From NCBI GenBank assembly GCA_026770705.1, contig JANJGN010000021.1:77004001-77068000 (forward strand): a DNA stretch of 64,000 nt, read 5' to 3'. Below, one piece after another: positions 51,216 to 62,669 of this stretch. Origin of the DNA: Isurus oxyrinchus (lineage: Eukaryota). Both the position numbers and the translations under genes were made by a program. The notes below the pieces were generated by a model. That model was not told where the DNA came from, did not search any database, and saw only the letters and a list, made by a program, of their open reading frames with translations. Each line of letters begins with the position of its first letter. Position 1 is the stretch's first letter.

Positions 51216-51583
51216 TCCAGATTAGTTTCAAGTTCTGGTATGATAGCCAAGTGGTTATGGTACTAGGCTTGTAACCCCAAGATCGAGTTCAAATCTCACC
51301 ATGGCAAATTATGAAACAATTTAATTTCATCTGGGCAGGGAAAAGATCCAGATAAGTCTCAAATTCTGGTATGATAGCCAAGTGGTTATGGTACTGGGTT
51401 TGTAACCCCAAGATCAAGAGTTCAAATCTCACAATGGCAAAACTATGAAACAAGGTAACTTCATCTGAAACAGATGGAAACGGGTTTGTACTTGAAAGAG
51501 TATCAAGAGTTCACATCTCACCATGGCAAATTATTAAACAATGTAATTTCATCTGGGCGGGGAAAAGATCCAGATTAGTCTCA
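51216..51583 (+). repeat. Tandem tRNA-derived cassettes (~131 bp unit; 2 near-complete and 1 partial)
   Basis: A-box TAGCCAAGTGG, stem-loop with TTGTAA loop, B-box GAGTTCAAATC; unit boundary tccagat at 51216, 51347, 51569. Confidence 0.75.
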
Positions 51584-53244
51584 GCTGCAGCTTGTTACTG
51601 CCTGAACTGTGCTGTTGCTGTGGTTGTGCTTGGTGTTGGCTGTGCTGATGCTGCTGCTGCTGCTATGGGGTTTCCAGTGGCTGTTGCTGCTGCTGTGGGA
51701 TTTCTAGTGGCTGTCCCTGCTGCTGTGGGGTTTCCAGTGGCTGTTCCTGCAGCTGTTTTACTGTGGCTGTTCCAATTATTGTGTTGCTGCGTTTTCTCAA
51801 GCCTTCTTCCATCCTCTGTTGTTTGGGGCCTGGGGGGCCTGAGGCCTGGAGGAAAGAGAGAGGAGGTGCTGCTGCTGCAGGATAGGGAGACCAGGAGGCA
51901 AGGACTATTTAGTTTAACATCCGAGGTGGGTGTCTGGACTTTTGTTTGGTGGGGGCTGAAGGCAGTTGTGTGTTTTGTAGAGAGAGGAGAGAAGACCGCT
52001 GCAGAGACTTGGGGGAGAAGAGGTGTGAGAGTTATTTAAAATCTTACCAACCCCCCTGCCTCACTCTGACCATGTCTGAGTCCAGGTAGCTGGTGCTTCC
52101 TGGTGAAGAGGGACAGGGCTGATTCCTGTGTGCCAGGCAGTATCGGCTGCCTGGTGAAGACATCGCCCGCCTGGTGAAGGCATCGCCCTCCCCCTATGGA
52201 AAGAACATTGAGGCCCCCCACTCACACTCCACTTCACTAAGTGATACTCACCTACCCTTTATCTTTTCCTTCCTGTGTTTCCCTGTCCTTTACCCCTCTC
52301 CCTCCTTTCTCTTTTTGTCTTCCCGGATGGGGAGGTTACACCATCCTTTCCCCCTCTCCTTAGAGTGGGATATTGTGGAATATATAGCTCAGGGTGGGTG
52401 TGGCTCATCCCCTATGGCTGCGACAGGGTCACCTGTAGCTGGGCCTTCCCGGGTGACTGTGGAGGCAGTGATGTCACCAGTGGCAAGGCCCCCCAAGAAA
52501 TCTTATGCGAGTGCAGCTGCTTCTGTGGCCCTGTCACCTTTCCAACTCCTCACCAAGGCCCTGTGGATGAAGAGCTACACCCATCCCGAAATGACGATCA
52601 AGGCGTGAGTAAAGGCTATGGCTGGGGTTGTCGGCCACTCGGCCGTCGTTGTGGCCTCGAAGATGTACGAGGTCAGAGCGGGCGGTGCACCTGGCCCTAT
52701 AAAAGAGACTCACTGTGGGTGGGATGTTTCTGGCGGTGGACCCCTTGGAGGCCACTGCCCAGAGGATCATCATTACCAATATCCCGCCCTTTATCCCCAG
52801 TGAGCCTCACCTCTATCATCTGTGGGAGGTTAGGTCAGGGGTTGCACCAATCCCACTTGGCCTCAAGGATGTACCCCTCCGACACGTGTATTCCTTCCGG
52901 CGCCACGTTTTCGTCTGCCTGACCCAGGAGGAGTGTGTGGAGGGTGCCTTTAATGTGGAATATGAGGGGGCTGCCTACGAGTCTTCTGGACTGCGGATGG
53001 CGTGCGGTGCCATGCCTGCAAGGAAGTGGGACACATCTGTAAGAACTGCCCCGACTCCAAGGCTGCCAGCACCATCCAGGCGGCTGTCGCTGGCACCACC
53101 GCTCCTCCCCTCTGCCACTGCTCCATCTTCCTGCAAGGGGAGGAGCCACCGGCAGCCACTGCCATCTTGGCAGTGGCGAGTCGGAGGGGAGAGACCCTGC
53201 GCCATAAGAAGGCGTGGAGGATGACCCACCACCTGGAGACATCC

Positions 53245-53277
<33 letters not shown>

Positions 53278-54822
53278 ATCCACCCTGATCCCCAGAACCA
53301 TGAAAACACCGGCATGGAGGTAAAAGCATCATCCGGCCCTGGCAACATGTCTGCGCTTGCTCCCGGGCCCGTGTACGACTCATGTGCTTGGCCTGGCATC
53401 GTCCCTGTGCGGGTTCCCTGGCCTGTGTGCAACTCAGCACCATCTGCTGGGCCTGGCATCGTCCCTGTGTGGGTTCCTGGGCCCATGTGTGCCTCAGCAC
53501 CATGTGTTGGGTCTGGTATCGTCCCCATGCGGGTTCCCTGGCCCGTGTGCGCCTCAGCACCATGTGCTGGGCTTGGTATTGTCCCTGTGCGTGTTCCCAG
53601 GCTTGTGTACGACTCAGCACCATGTGCTGGGCCTGGCATCGTCCCTGTATGGGTTCCCGGGCCCGTGTACGACTCAGCACCATGTGCTGGACCTGGCATC
53701 ATCCCCACGCGGGTTCCCGGGCCCATGTGCTCCTCAGAACCATGTGCTGGGCCTGGTATTGTCCCCGCGCATGCTCCCGGGCCTGTGTACGACTCAGCAC
53801 CATGTGCTGGGCCTGGCATCGTCCCCACGTGGGTTCCCAGGTTTGGTGGCAGTGGGGCGTGCGACCTCGAGCCGGTGGTCTTACTAAAGACCTAACCCCA
53901 GAGGGTGGAGTGTCTGGAGGAGCTGGATGATGCGATGGAGGTCTCACAGATGGAGGTCTCCTTAGCCCCAGCCTACCCTGGAAGAGATGCCACCCCTTGG
54001 AGGGGGAGGACCTTGCGACTTGCCAGGCTGGATTTGTCCCCTCCCCCAGTGAAGTGGTGGTGGCATCTCTGCCTTGTAAGTCCTCGCTCTGCCTTCTAAG
54101 GGGAGCCCAAACCCTCGTTCCCTTGCTGCAGCCTCCTGAGTAGGGCCCCTTGGGGGCCGGTGAGGGTAATGCCCTTGTGGTGGTGCCCCAACCCAAACCA
54201 TCTTGTGCCCCCAAGATGCCATCTGGCCTGCCAGGGGACTGTGGGAATCCCTTCATGGCCCCTGCTGGGCAATGGTGCTGAGGAAGACCTCCCAGCTGCC
54301 TCCCAACCTTCAGCAAGGCGCCTCCGTCCTCGGTCTGGAGCTTTTTCCAGACTCGCCGAGCGTTATTGGTGCCTGGGGGAAGCGGGGATTTGAGCTGCTG
54401 CTGCCCTTTGGCCCATATTCCCAAGAGGACACCAGAGAGGACCCCTCTGCCCTTGATCCTGGTGGAGCTGACTGGCAGCTCTGAATCAGCCCACATATTC
54501 AATACGGGGGAGGGGTTAACAGGTCCAGGTAGCAGGCAATCAAGGGCGTCGTCCGACCGGACTGTCTGCCCCTCTTCCATGGCTATGTTCTCTGCCTGGT
54601 TTCCCTAGAGAGGGAGCATGCGGTGTCTGCTGGCACCGTCGAGGCCTTCCATGCTCGGTGGGGACTGGGATGCTTTATAAACCTTTTAATCACGTTTTGA
54701 TTTGATATTGGTAAGTTTCCTTTGCATTTTGTCTTTTGTTTTAATAGTTCCCCTTTAAGGGGCTGCTTTTACTTTGTCCCTGATTTTATTAATTTGGTTT
54801 AATAGTTTTGACTCAAAGGAGT
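51584..54822 (+). mobile_element. Tx1-clade element retaining ORF1 and the extreme 3' end; EN/RT not seen
   Basis: SYASAAA, ASKMY, IITNIPPFIP, LRHVYSFRRHVFV, CHACKEVGHICKNCP (CCHC); ORF2 tail LEREHAVSAGTVEAFHARW at ~54605 then T-rich UTR. Confidence 0.82.
53360..53840. repeat. 60-bp VNTR, ~8 copies, inside Tx1 ORF1
   Basis: Exact 60-bp period 53401-53820; encodes PVYDSAPCAGPGIVPVWVPG-type units. Confidence 0.95.
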
Positions 54823-54829
54823 TACATTT

Positions 54830-56520
54830 TCTTAACCTTTCTAACCCTGCCACTACATCTTGGTGCTCCCGGAGCATGCACAATGGAGGTGGGGGCAGCC
54901 TGCTGACTGTGATGACCTTGATGGGCGTCTTCTGGAGGGCCGAGACCTGGGGCCTGCTTTCGGGGACCCTCCTCGGCTTGTGGAGCAGGAGCTGCTGGGG
55001 TCACAGGAAGAGGGGATTCAGATGGACCAGCCATTCTTGGGTGGATGGCCCCGGGGTGTGTACCTGCTGATTCGCCTCCCTATGGGTGCCCAAGTGCTTA
55101 GCTGACTCCTTGAGGAGAAGGGGTAGCTGGAGTGAGATCAAGCTGTCCCGCACTCCTTTCATGTACACACTGTTGGAGGCCAATTATGATGTCAGCGATG
55201 GAGTTCAGCCCGCACAGCAGTGCAGGAGCGATGTCCTGGACCAAGATCTCCATGGTGGCCGCCAATAACCAGTGTTGATCTCAGTGCGTTGGCATGCCAG
55301 CACTCTCACCTCAGCCTGAAGATGGATGGACTCCTCCATCGTGCCTTGCAATCTGAGGAGTGCAACGAATATCACTTCCTGATGTTCCTGAGCTTGCCTT
55401 TGCAGCTCCAGCAACTGTGAGATGACCGAGCCCAGAGGCTTGTCATCTAACTCAAACTCAGCAAATTTCTGGCCTCCAGCAGTCTTCCGAGTGCCGGACA
55501 CCTGGGAAGTCCCTACCGCCACCTGCTGTGGATCAGACAGTGCAATGTGCTCACCAGGTTGTGATCCCAAGGCACTCTAAAGCTCGGTCCCACTGAGGTG
55601 TGTCTCTGCGCTGGTGGAGGGGTGTAGGTACCTTCAGATTCCTCTTCAGAGGTTTCTTCAGGGCTTGATTGGAGGCCCTGGGTCATGGACTTCAATGATT
55701 GTTTCCCCAATGTGCCTGCGAAAGCAAGGAGAGATAATTAGTGCATGGCAGTAGCCTGTAAAACAGGACACATCATTCACAGCATGGTTGTTGATGAATG
55801 TTGCACTGCTGGATCCTCACTTGGTAGAGCACCGCCGACCTGTCAGCGTAGAAACGGTCCAGTTCATCGCTGGCCTGCTGGATGGCTCTGTTTTCAAGAT
55901 TCGTGAGGACCTTGATTTCAGGCATTCCTCCACTTGTAAGTGACCTCTCCCCCTTGTGTGCCAGCTTGTTCTGCATGAATAGAGATGGAGATAGTATAAG
56001 GAGGATGGCTGCCAGGTCAGATGATAAATATGCCTGGCAAGTGTAGGTGGTGAGTGGTCTCATTGACGGGATGAGGTCAAGGAAGGTGTTGTGAGAGAGA
56101 GTGAATAATGATATCCCTTGAACTGGCAGTGAGTGATGTGTGATGGGTTTGTGAGTGTGTGAGCTGAGAATGACAAGAATAGTGACTTACCCTGGCGGAA
56201 CGGAGGCAATCTCTCATTCTCTTGCGGCACTGGGTGGCTATTCTCTTTTGCAGGGTGTTGGCGCTGACCGCCATTGCTACTGCCTCGCGAGCTGGATTTT
56301 AGTGATGTTGCTGCCCACCCTGTGGCCAGAACGGTGTAGAGGACGTCATAACGAGATAGAGGTTCGGCCATGATCATATTGAATGGTGGAGCAGAGTTGA
56401 AGAGCCAAATGACCTACTCCTGCTTCCAATTTCTATGTTTCCATTATGTCCAAAAAGCGCTCGAAGGACACGTCATTGAACCTGGGGGCTGCAGTCTTTT
56501 TGTCTTTCAGGGCTATGTCT
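54830..56520 (-). pseudogene. Harbinger Myb/SANT-like DNA-binding gene, multi-exon, decayed
   Basis: KKTAAPRFNDVSFERFLD, VSANTLQKRIATQCRKRMRD, NKLAHK..SGGMPEIKVLTNLE; gtaagt donor ~56190, acceptors ~55973 and ~55716. Confidence 0.8.
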
Positions 56521-56770
56521 TCTTTGCAGCAGTCGTGGACTAGAAGCACTGAGAGGTGTATGTGTGGCTACACTGAGAGGTGTACGTGTGGCTGCACTGT
56601 AAATATGGCGCCTGGCGTGAAGAAATGGCAAGCTGATGGCGTCGTGGTTGAATGAGAGCCCGCCTGCCATGGAAACGGTGTGTTTCCTGGGAATGCATAA
56701 TTAATGCAGCAGGTTTGGGATGATACCCACCTGCTACTGCACTTGGTACACATCAGGGACAATTCTGTCC

Positions 56771-58370
56771 CTTGACTCTGCCTGATCTATCTCATCTTCA
56801 AAGACAGCCCATTGTTCAGTTACCGTTTTTTCTTGCCAACCTTTGATTCTAATTTATCTGGGTCAGATCTATTCTCACCCCATTGAAGTTGGCTTTCCCC
56901 CAGTTAATTATTCTTGCTTTGGATTGTTCCTTGTCGTTTTCCATAGTCAACCTAAACCTTATGATACAATGATCACTGTCGTCAAATGTTCTCCAACTGA
57001 CACTTGATCCACTTGGACTTCTCATTCCCAGGAACCAGGTCCAGCAATGCCTCCTTTCTCATTGGAATGGAAGCATACTGCAATGGAAAATTTTCCTGAA
57101 CATATTCTAGGAACTCTTGATCTTCTGTCTATCTATCCCAGTCTATATTCAGATAATTACACTCTCCCATTTTAATTAGTCTAGAATTCTAGCATCTCTC
57201 CGTAATTTCCTTGCAATTTTGTTCCTCTACATCTTTCCCACTGGTTGGTGACCTATAGACTACATGGAGCAATGTGTATTGTTCCCTACCTCGAGCCAAA
57301 TAAGATTCTGTCCTTGAACCTCTGGGACATACTCTCTCTCCAGCTCTGCAATTTTCTCCTTAATCAGTACTGCTGTGCCTCCTTCTTTCCTTCCTTCCCT
57401 GTCTTTCCTGAACACCTTGTATCCAGGAATATTTAACACCCAGCCCCATCTTCCTTTGAGCCACAACACCATATTTCCGCGTGGCAATCTGCACCGGCAG
57501 CTCACCAATCTTATTTACCACACACTGCACATTGTCATACATGCACTGTAACCCTAATTTAGACTTTATTATTTTCCCTCTTACTCTGAAGCCAGCTAAT
57601 AACTTACTATTTCCTACTCTAGTGCTACCTGTCTCTCCCAGTACTCTCTGCACCTTAGTGTTCCTCTCTAGTCTATCCTCCTGGTTCGCACATCCCAGCC
57701 AAGTTAGGTTAAACTTGGTCCCCAGTGGGACCAGCAAATTGCCCGCAAGGAAATTGGTCCCGGCTCTGCTGGGTAGTAACCCACCCGGTCTGTTCAGGTC
57801 CCATCCCGCCCAGAACTGATCCCAATGTCCCAGGAATCTAAAGCCCTCCATCCTGCTCCATCTCCCCCGCCACACATTCGTCTGATTTATCCTCCTATTT
57901 CTATACTCATGACTTTTACTGGGATTGATCTAGAGATTTGTACTTTTGAGGTCCTGCTTGCTGATTTCCTAACTAGCTCATTAAATTCTGACTGCAGGAT
58001 CACATCCCTCTTTCTACCTGTGTTGTTGGTACTGATGTGGATCATGGCCTCTGGCTGTTCACCCTCCCACCCCTTAGGGTGCTCTGCAGCCATTCAGTGA
58101 CATAATTGACCCTGGCAGCAATGAGGCAACATACCATTCTGGATTCACACCTGTGGCCACAGGAACGTCTGACTGTTACCCTAACTATCGAATCTCCCAT
58201 CACTATTACTCTTTCAGTCTTCTATGTGTCTACCTGTACAGCTGAGCCAGCTGTAACACCATGGACTTGGCTCTGACTGCACTCCCTAGATGAACCATAA
58301 CTTTCATCAGCAGTCAGGACTGAATACTGGTTGGAGAGTGAGATATACTCGTGGACTTCTGCACTAGCTA
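56771..58370 (-). mobile_element. CR1 LINE 5' part (ORF1 esterase and endonuclease)
   Basis: EQPEAMIHISTNN (SGNH-like), LNIPGYKVFRKDREGRKEGGTAVLIKE. Confidence 0.88.
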
Positions 58371-59109
58371 TCTTCCTGTCACATCTTCCCTGAAAACCCT
58401 AACTCTAATTTCACTGTTAAGCCCTCAGTGCTGGTAAAGAAAGCCAGATTTTAGGAGTGGGTATGGGATACAATCAGACCCTGCTTTAGTTGGTGATGTG
58501 AATTATAAGTAGAACATCAGGTGACGCATGTTTGACAAATACCATGGGTGTAGTTTGTACTCTCCTGTCTGGGAGGACAGCTATCCTGAGAATGGTGAGG
58601 GAGTTGGGGTGAGTCTCTACAGTCCCGAGTTCCCTTAGCCCATCACACCTTGATGTAATAATATTACACTCTTCCAAGATTCATTTCGCATTCTGGGAAA
58701 ATCTTGAATCATTTTCAAATGCTTTTGGTTGATTCAAAGTTTAGTGTAAGCTGAATATTGTGTGCCTATTGGTTTCATAATCTTCTGTATAGATTTATAA
58801 CTCACAATAAATTCATTTTTAGCTTAACCCAAACAACCTGTTCTGTCATCATGATGTGTTTCTCCTATTCACTGAAACACTCAGGAGCCCACAGTAAGAG
58901 CCCTGTACACAATATATCCATCAATGGGTTTATAATTCCCAGTTTACAGGAAACATAACATTTCTCTGAGAAAGAGAGAAAGAATTGCATTTATATATCA
59001 ACTTTCACAATCTCGGGGCATCTAAAAGCACTTTACAGCCAAGTACTTTGAGAAGTGTAGTGTTTTGAATCTCTGATTCATAAGTCATCTGCTCCAACAA
59101 TGTGGCAAT

Positions 59110-59201
59110 GTGTCAGCCTCAGTGCTCAAGACTCTGGAGTGAGACTTGAACCCACAACCTTCTGATTCAGAGACGAGAGTGCTAACTAAGCCATGGCTGA
59201 C
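59110..59201 (-). mobile_element. tRNA-derived SINE head
   Basis: Minus strand gtcagccatggcttagttagcactc...gtgggttcaagtctcactccag (A and B boxes). Confidence 0.7.
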
Positions 59202-59622
59202 AATAACTTATAATATTTCTGTATTAGATTCACTTTCTAATGGGTAAAGTCTCAAGACTGTGTACAGAATGCTTTTCGCCCTATATACTGGCAGCCTGAA
59301 AGTTTGATTTGATGTGAAGTGGTGACTGGATAGACTTGCAGGTATCAGTGTTGTTTTTATGTCTGGGAAGATGGGGGGCTGGATAAAGGAAAGAAAGTAG
59401 CCACATTGTCTGCTCCTGGTCACTATCCAGTATCCCTGCTGGAAACAGAGGGGGTGTGACAGTCAAGTGAGGAAAAAGAAAGGATTTGCATCTGATCCCC
59501 CTACACAGGGGAATAGCAGACTGGCACTCACTGTGGAACAGTCTCTAACTGAGGAGTTAGCCCCTTCAGCAAAGGAGGAGAGGGAACTGGAGGAAATCAT
59601 GTTTCCTCTTCCTGGTTTACAG

Positions 59623-60480
59623 AAGGATTGCATCATACTACTTTAGAGAATACAGAGAGGATAGACACCGCAGATAGATCCTGACCAACACTCAAGGAAC
59701 AACTGTGGGAAGACATCCAGTCCCTTCACAGCGTTGCTCAACACAGACAAGGTTGGGCAGTGAAACCATCATCTGGAAATCGGTCAGATCAGGCGAGCTT
59801 TGACACATCATCAGATCTGAAACTGGTCAGTGGTGTGGAGCTTTCCATCAGAAGTAGACCAGGTGAGAGCTTCAATCCTTCATTGAGCCTCATGAACCAT
59901 TGATTCATTCCTACAGGTGAGAGCTTGTTGAAGTGAGAGGAGGCCTCCACAGGTTTCTAAGATCTCCAACACAAGGTGCATCTGTTACAATCACTGTTAA
60001 CACAAGGGCAGCCACATGGAAGTGAAACAATTCAACTATGACATTTGTGTTAAAGCTTTGGTGACGTCTTCAAGACTTCTGAGGCACCAGAGGATTCACA
60101 CAGTGGAGAAATGCTTCAGGTGTGACGTTCCCAACTTCTATCGCACCAGAGGAGTCACACAGGTAAGAAACCCTTCATGTGCGAGATGTGTGGCAAATCA
60201 TTCTTCAATTCATCGACCCTCCGTAAACGACACATTCACATGGGAGAAACCATGTGTGAGATGTGTGACAAGACTTTCATGCAGTCAGCTTATCTCCTGG
60301 TCCAGCAACACACTCACACAGGGGAGAAACCCTGTCAGAATGAGTTCTGTAATAAAGCCTCCACACAGTTGTTGGACCTCCTGGAACATCAGTGAACCCA
60401 CATGGGAACTACTGAAACCAAGTTCTTGCTCAAATTGTCGTCAGAGTGTGAACCTCTACGCAAGTTCACTACAAAGGATA
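59623..60480 (+). pseudogene. C2H2 zinc-finger pseudogene (terminal exon)
   Basis: Acceptor at 59621-59622, leader homologous to 44685-45153, frameshifted fingers from the ATG at 60016; 3' end matches 24560-24900. Confidence 0.85.
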
Positions 60481-60555
60481 TTCAGTGATATTGGGGCACA
60501 GAACAAGCAGCAGCTTTCATTCACATCAAACAACTAGTGACAACGCCAGTGCTGA

Positions 60556-60858
60556 GGTATGACGATGTCAATGGTGAAGTTGCCCTGCAGTGAGATGCCA
60601 GTGAAACAAGACTTGGAGCAACCCTCATGCAGCAATGACAACTAGTTGTGTTTGTATCCAAAGCATTAAAACAAACTGAATGACGCAATGCACAGATTGA
60701 GAAAAATAGCCTGGCTATTGTCTTTGTTTGTGAGCATTTCAACCAGTAGCTGTTTGGGAGAGAGAAAGTGATGTTAGAGTCTGACCACAAGCTACTTCAA
60801 AGCATCTTTTTCAAGCTGCTTCTATCTGCTCCAAAGTGTTTACAAAGGATGTTACTTC
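60556..60858 (+). mobile_element. Ty3/Gypsy pol RNase H fragment
   Basis: YDDVNGEVALQ*DASETRLGATLMQ...AQIEKNSLAIVFVCEHF...ESDHKLLQSIF...APKCLQRMLL. Confidence 0.85.
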
Positions 60859-61567
60859 GGAGGACAATAGGAAATATTAGGAGGGGATGACCAAAATATA
60901 TGTTCAAAGAAGTGAGATTTAAGGAGGGTCCTAAAGAAGGGAAGATATGTAAAAACACAGAGAGGTTTAAGGAAGGAATTCTAATGATGGATCCTGATTG
61001 GTAGGGATATCAATGGTCAGGTTAAGGGAGTGGGGGATTTAGGAAACAACAAAATTGTGGAACACAGATCTCAGGGGGAATTGGGGCTAGAGATGACAGG
61101 GATAGGCAAGGGGTGAGGTCATGAAGCAACTTGTACTTGAGCATGATAATTTTAGATTGGAGGGACTGGGAACCAGTGTAGGTCAGCGAGCACAGGGGTG
61201 ATAGGTGTGTGAGTTAGGATAGAGACGGTAGAGTTTTAGCTGACCTGAAGTTTATGGAGTGTGGAAGATGGGAAGCTGGACAGAAGAGTATTGGAATGGT
61301 GTAGTCCAGTTTAGAAACAACAACAGTATGACTGAGGATTTCAACAACAGATTGACTAATATGAGGGTGGGGGTGTTGGAAATGGGTAATGTTACAGAGC
61401 AGGAGAAAGTGATGAAATTGTTTGTAACTACTCTATCAGCTTGTTTAATCACCTTTAACACCTCAATTAGATTATGCCTTAATTTTCTACATTCAAGGGA
61501 ATGCAAGTTCAGTCTGTGCAACCTCTCCTCAAAATTTAACCGTTTTAGCCCCAGGAATATTCTGGTG

Positions 61568-62535
61568 AAACAAAAACAAAAATACCTGGAAAAACTCAGC
61601 AGGTCTCACAGCATCCCTGGAGAGGGAATACAGTTAACGTTTCAAGTCTAAATGACTCTTCATCAGAACTAAGGAAAAATTGAAAAGAGGTGAAATATAA
61701 GCTGGTTTAAGGAGGGTGGGGGTGGGACAAGTCGAACTGGATAGAGGGCCAGTGATAGGTGGAGATTGCCAAAAGATGTCATAGACAAAAGGACAAAGAG
61801 TTGTTGACAGTGGTGATATTAGCTAAGAGATGTGCTAATGGTGACATTAAGGGTAGAAAGCAGGACGAGCAAGGTACAGATAGCCCAAGTGGGGGTGGGG
61901 TGGGGGGAAGGAATCAAAATAGGCTAAAAGGTAGAGATAAAACAATGGATGGAAATACATTTTAAAATAATAGAATTAGGTGGGAAAAGAAAAATACATA
62001 TAAATTATTGGAAAAAGGTGAGGGGGGGGGAGCGTGGTTGGGATGGAGGAGAGAGCTCATGATCTAAAGTTGAACTCAATATTCAGTCCGGAAGGCTGTA
62101 AAGTGCCTAGTCAGAAGATGAGGTGCTGTTCCTCCAGTTTGCGTTGAGCTTCACTGGAACATTGTAGCAGGCCAAGGATGGACATGTGGGCATGAGAGCA
62201 GGGTGGTGTGTTGAAATGGCAAGCTACAGGGGGGTCTGGGTCATGCTTGCAGACAGACCGAAGGTGCTCTGCAAAGCGGTCACCCAGTCTGCGTTTGGTC
62301 TCTCCAATGTAGAGGAAACCGCATTGGGAGCAGTGAATGCAGTAGACTAAATTGAGGGAAGTGCAAGTGAAATGCTGCTTCACTTGAAAGGAGTGTTTAG
62401 GCCCATGGACGGTGAGGAGTAGGGAAGTAAAGGGGCAGGTGTTGCAACTTCTACGGTTGCAAGGGAAGGTACTGTGGGAGGGGGTTGAAGTGTAGTGGGT
62501 GATGGAGGAGTGGACCAGGGTGTCCTGGAGGGACA
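61568..62535 (-). mobile_element. PLE 3' fragment with GIY-YIG
   Basis: ORF 62111-62578 NLVYCIHCSQCGFLYIGETKRRLGDRFAEH; terminus 61568-61670. Confidence 0.9.
61632..61670 (-). ncRNA. Minimal hammerhead ribozyme motif with canonical core
   Basis: Minus strand AGTT-CTGATGA-A-GAGTC(attta)GACTT-GAAAC-GTT-AACT. Confidence 0.72.
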
Positions 62536-62669
62536 GCATTGTGGGTATACCTACACCACATGGATTGCAGTGGTTCAAGAAGGCAGCTCACCACCACCTT
62601 CTCAAGGGCAATTAGGGATGGGCAATCAATGGTGGCCTAGCCAGTGATGCCCACATCCAATAAATGAAT

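Larger units (their letters stand above)
48358..56770 (+). mobile_element. PIF/Harbinger DNA transposon, full span, decayed
   Basis: TIRs gggcagaattgtcc / ggacaattctgtcc (13 of 14 match), ctt on both flanks, convergent transposase and Myb/SANT-like genes. Confidence 0.88.

Noticed and set aside
51236-51310. Functional tRNA-Thr genes
   Set aside because: Acceptor and anticodon stems are mismatched and there is no T-run terminator directly downstream; treated as tRNA-derived cassettes
53360-53840. CRISPR-like array
   Set aside because: Whole 60-bp units repeat with no unique spacers; eukaryotic VNTR inside a retrotransposon
52835-53930. Long overlapping ORFs (282, 292, 176, 182 aa) as separate genes
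   Set aside because: Shadow frames of the stop-free VNTR
53699-54580. 293-aa minus-strand ORF
   Set aside because: Antisense to GC-rich Tx1 sequence, no motif
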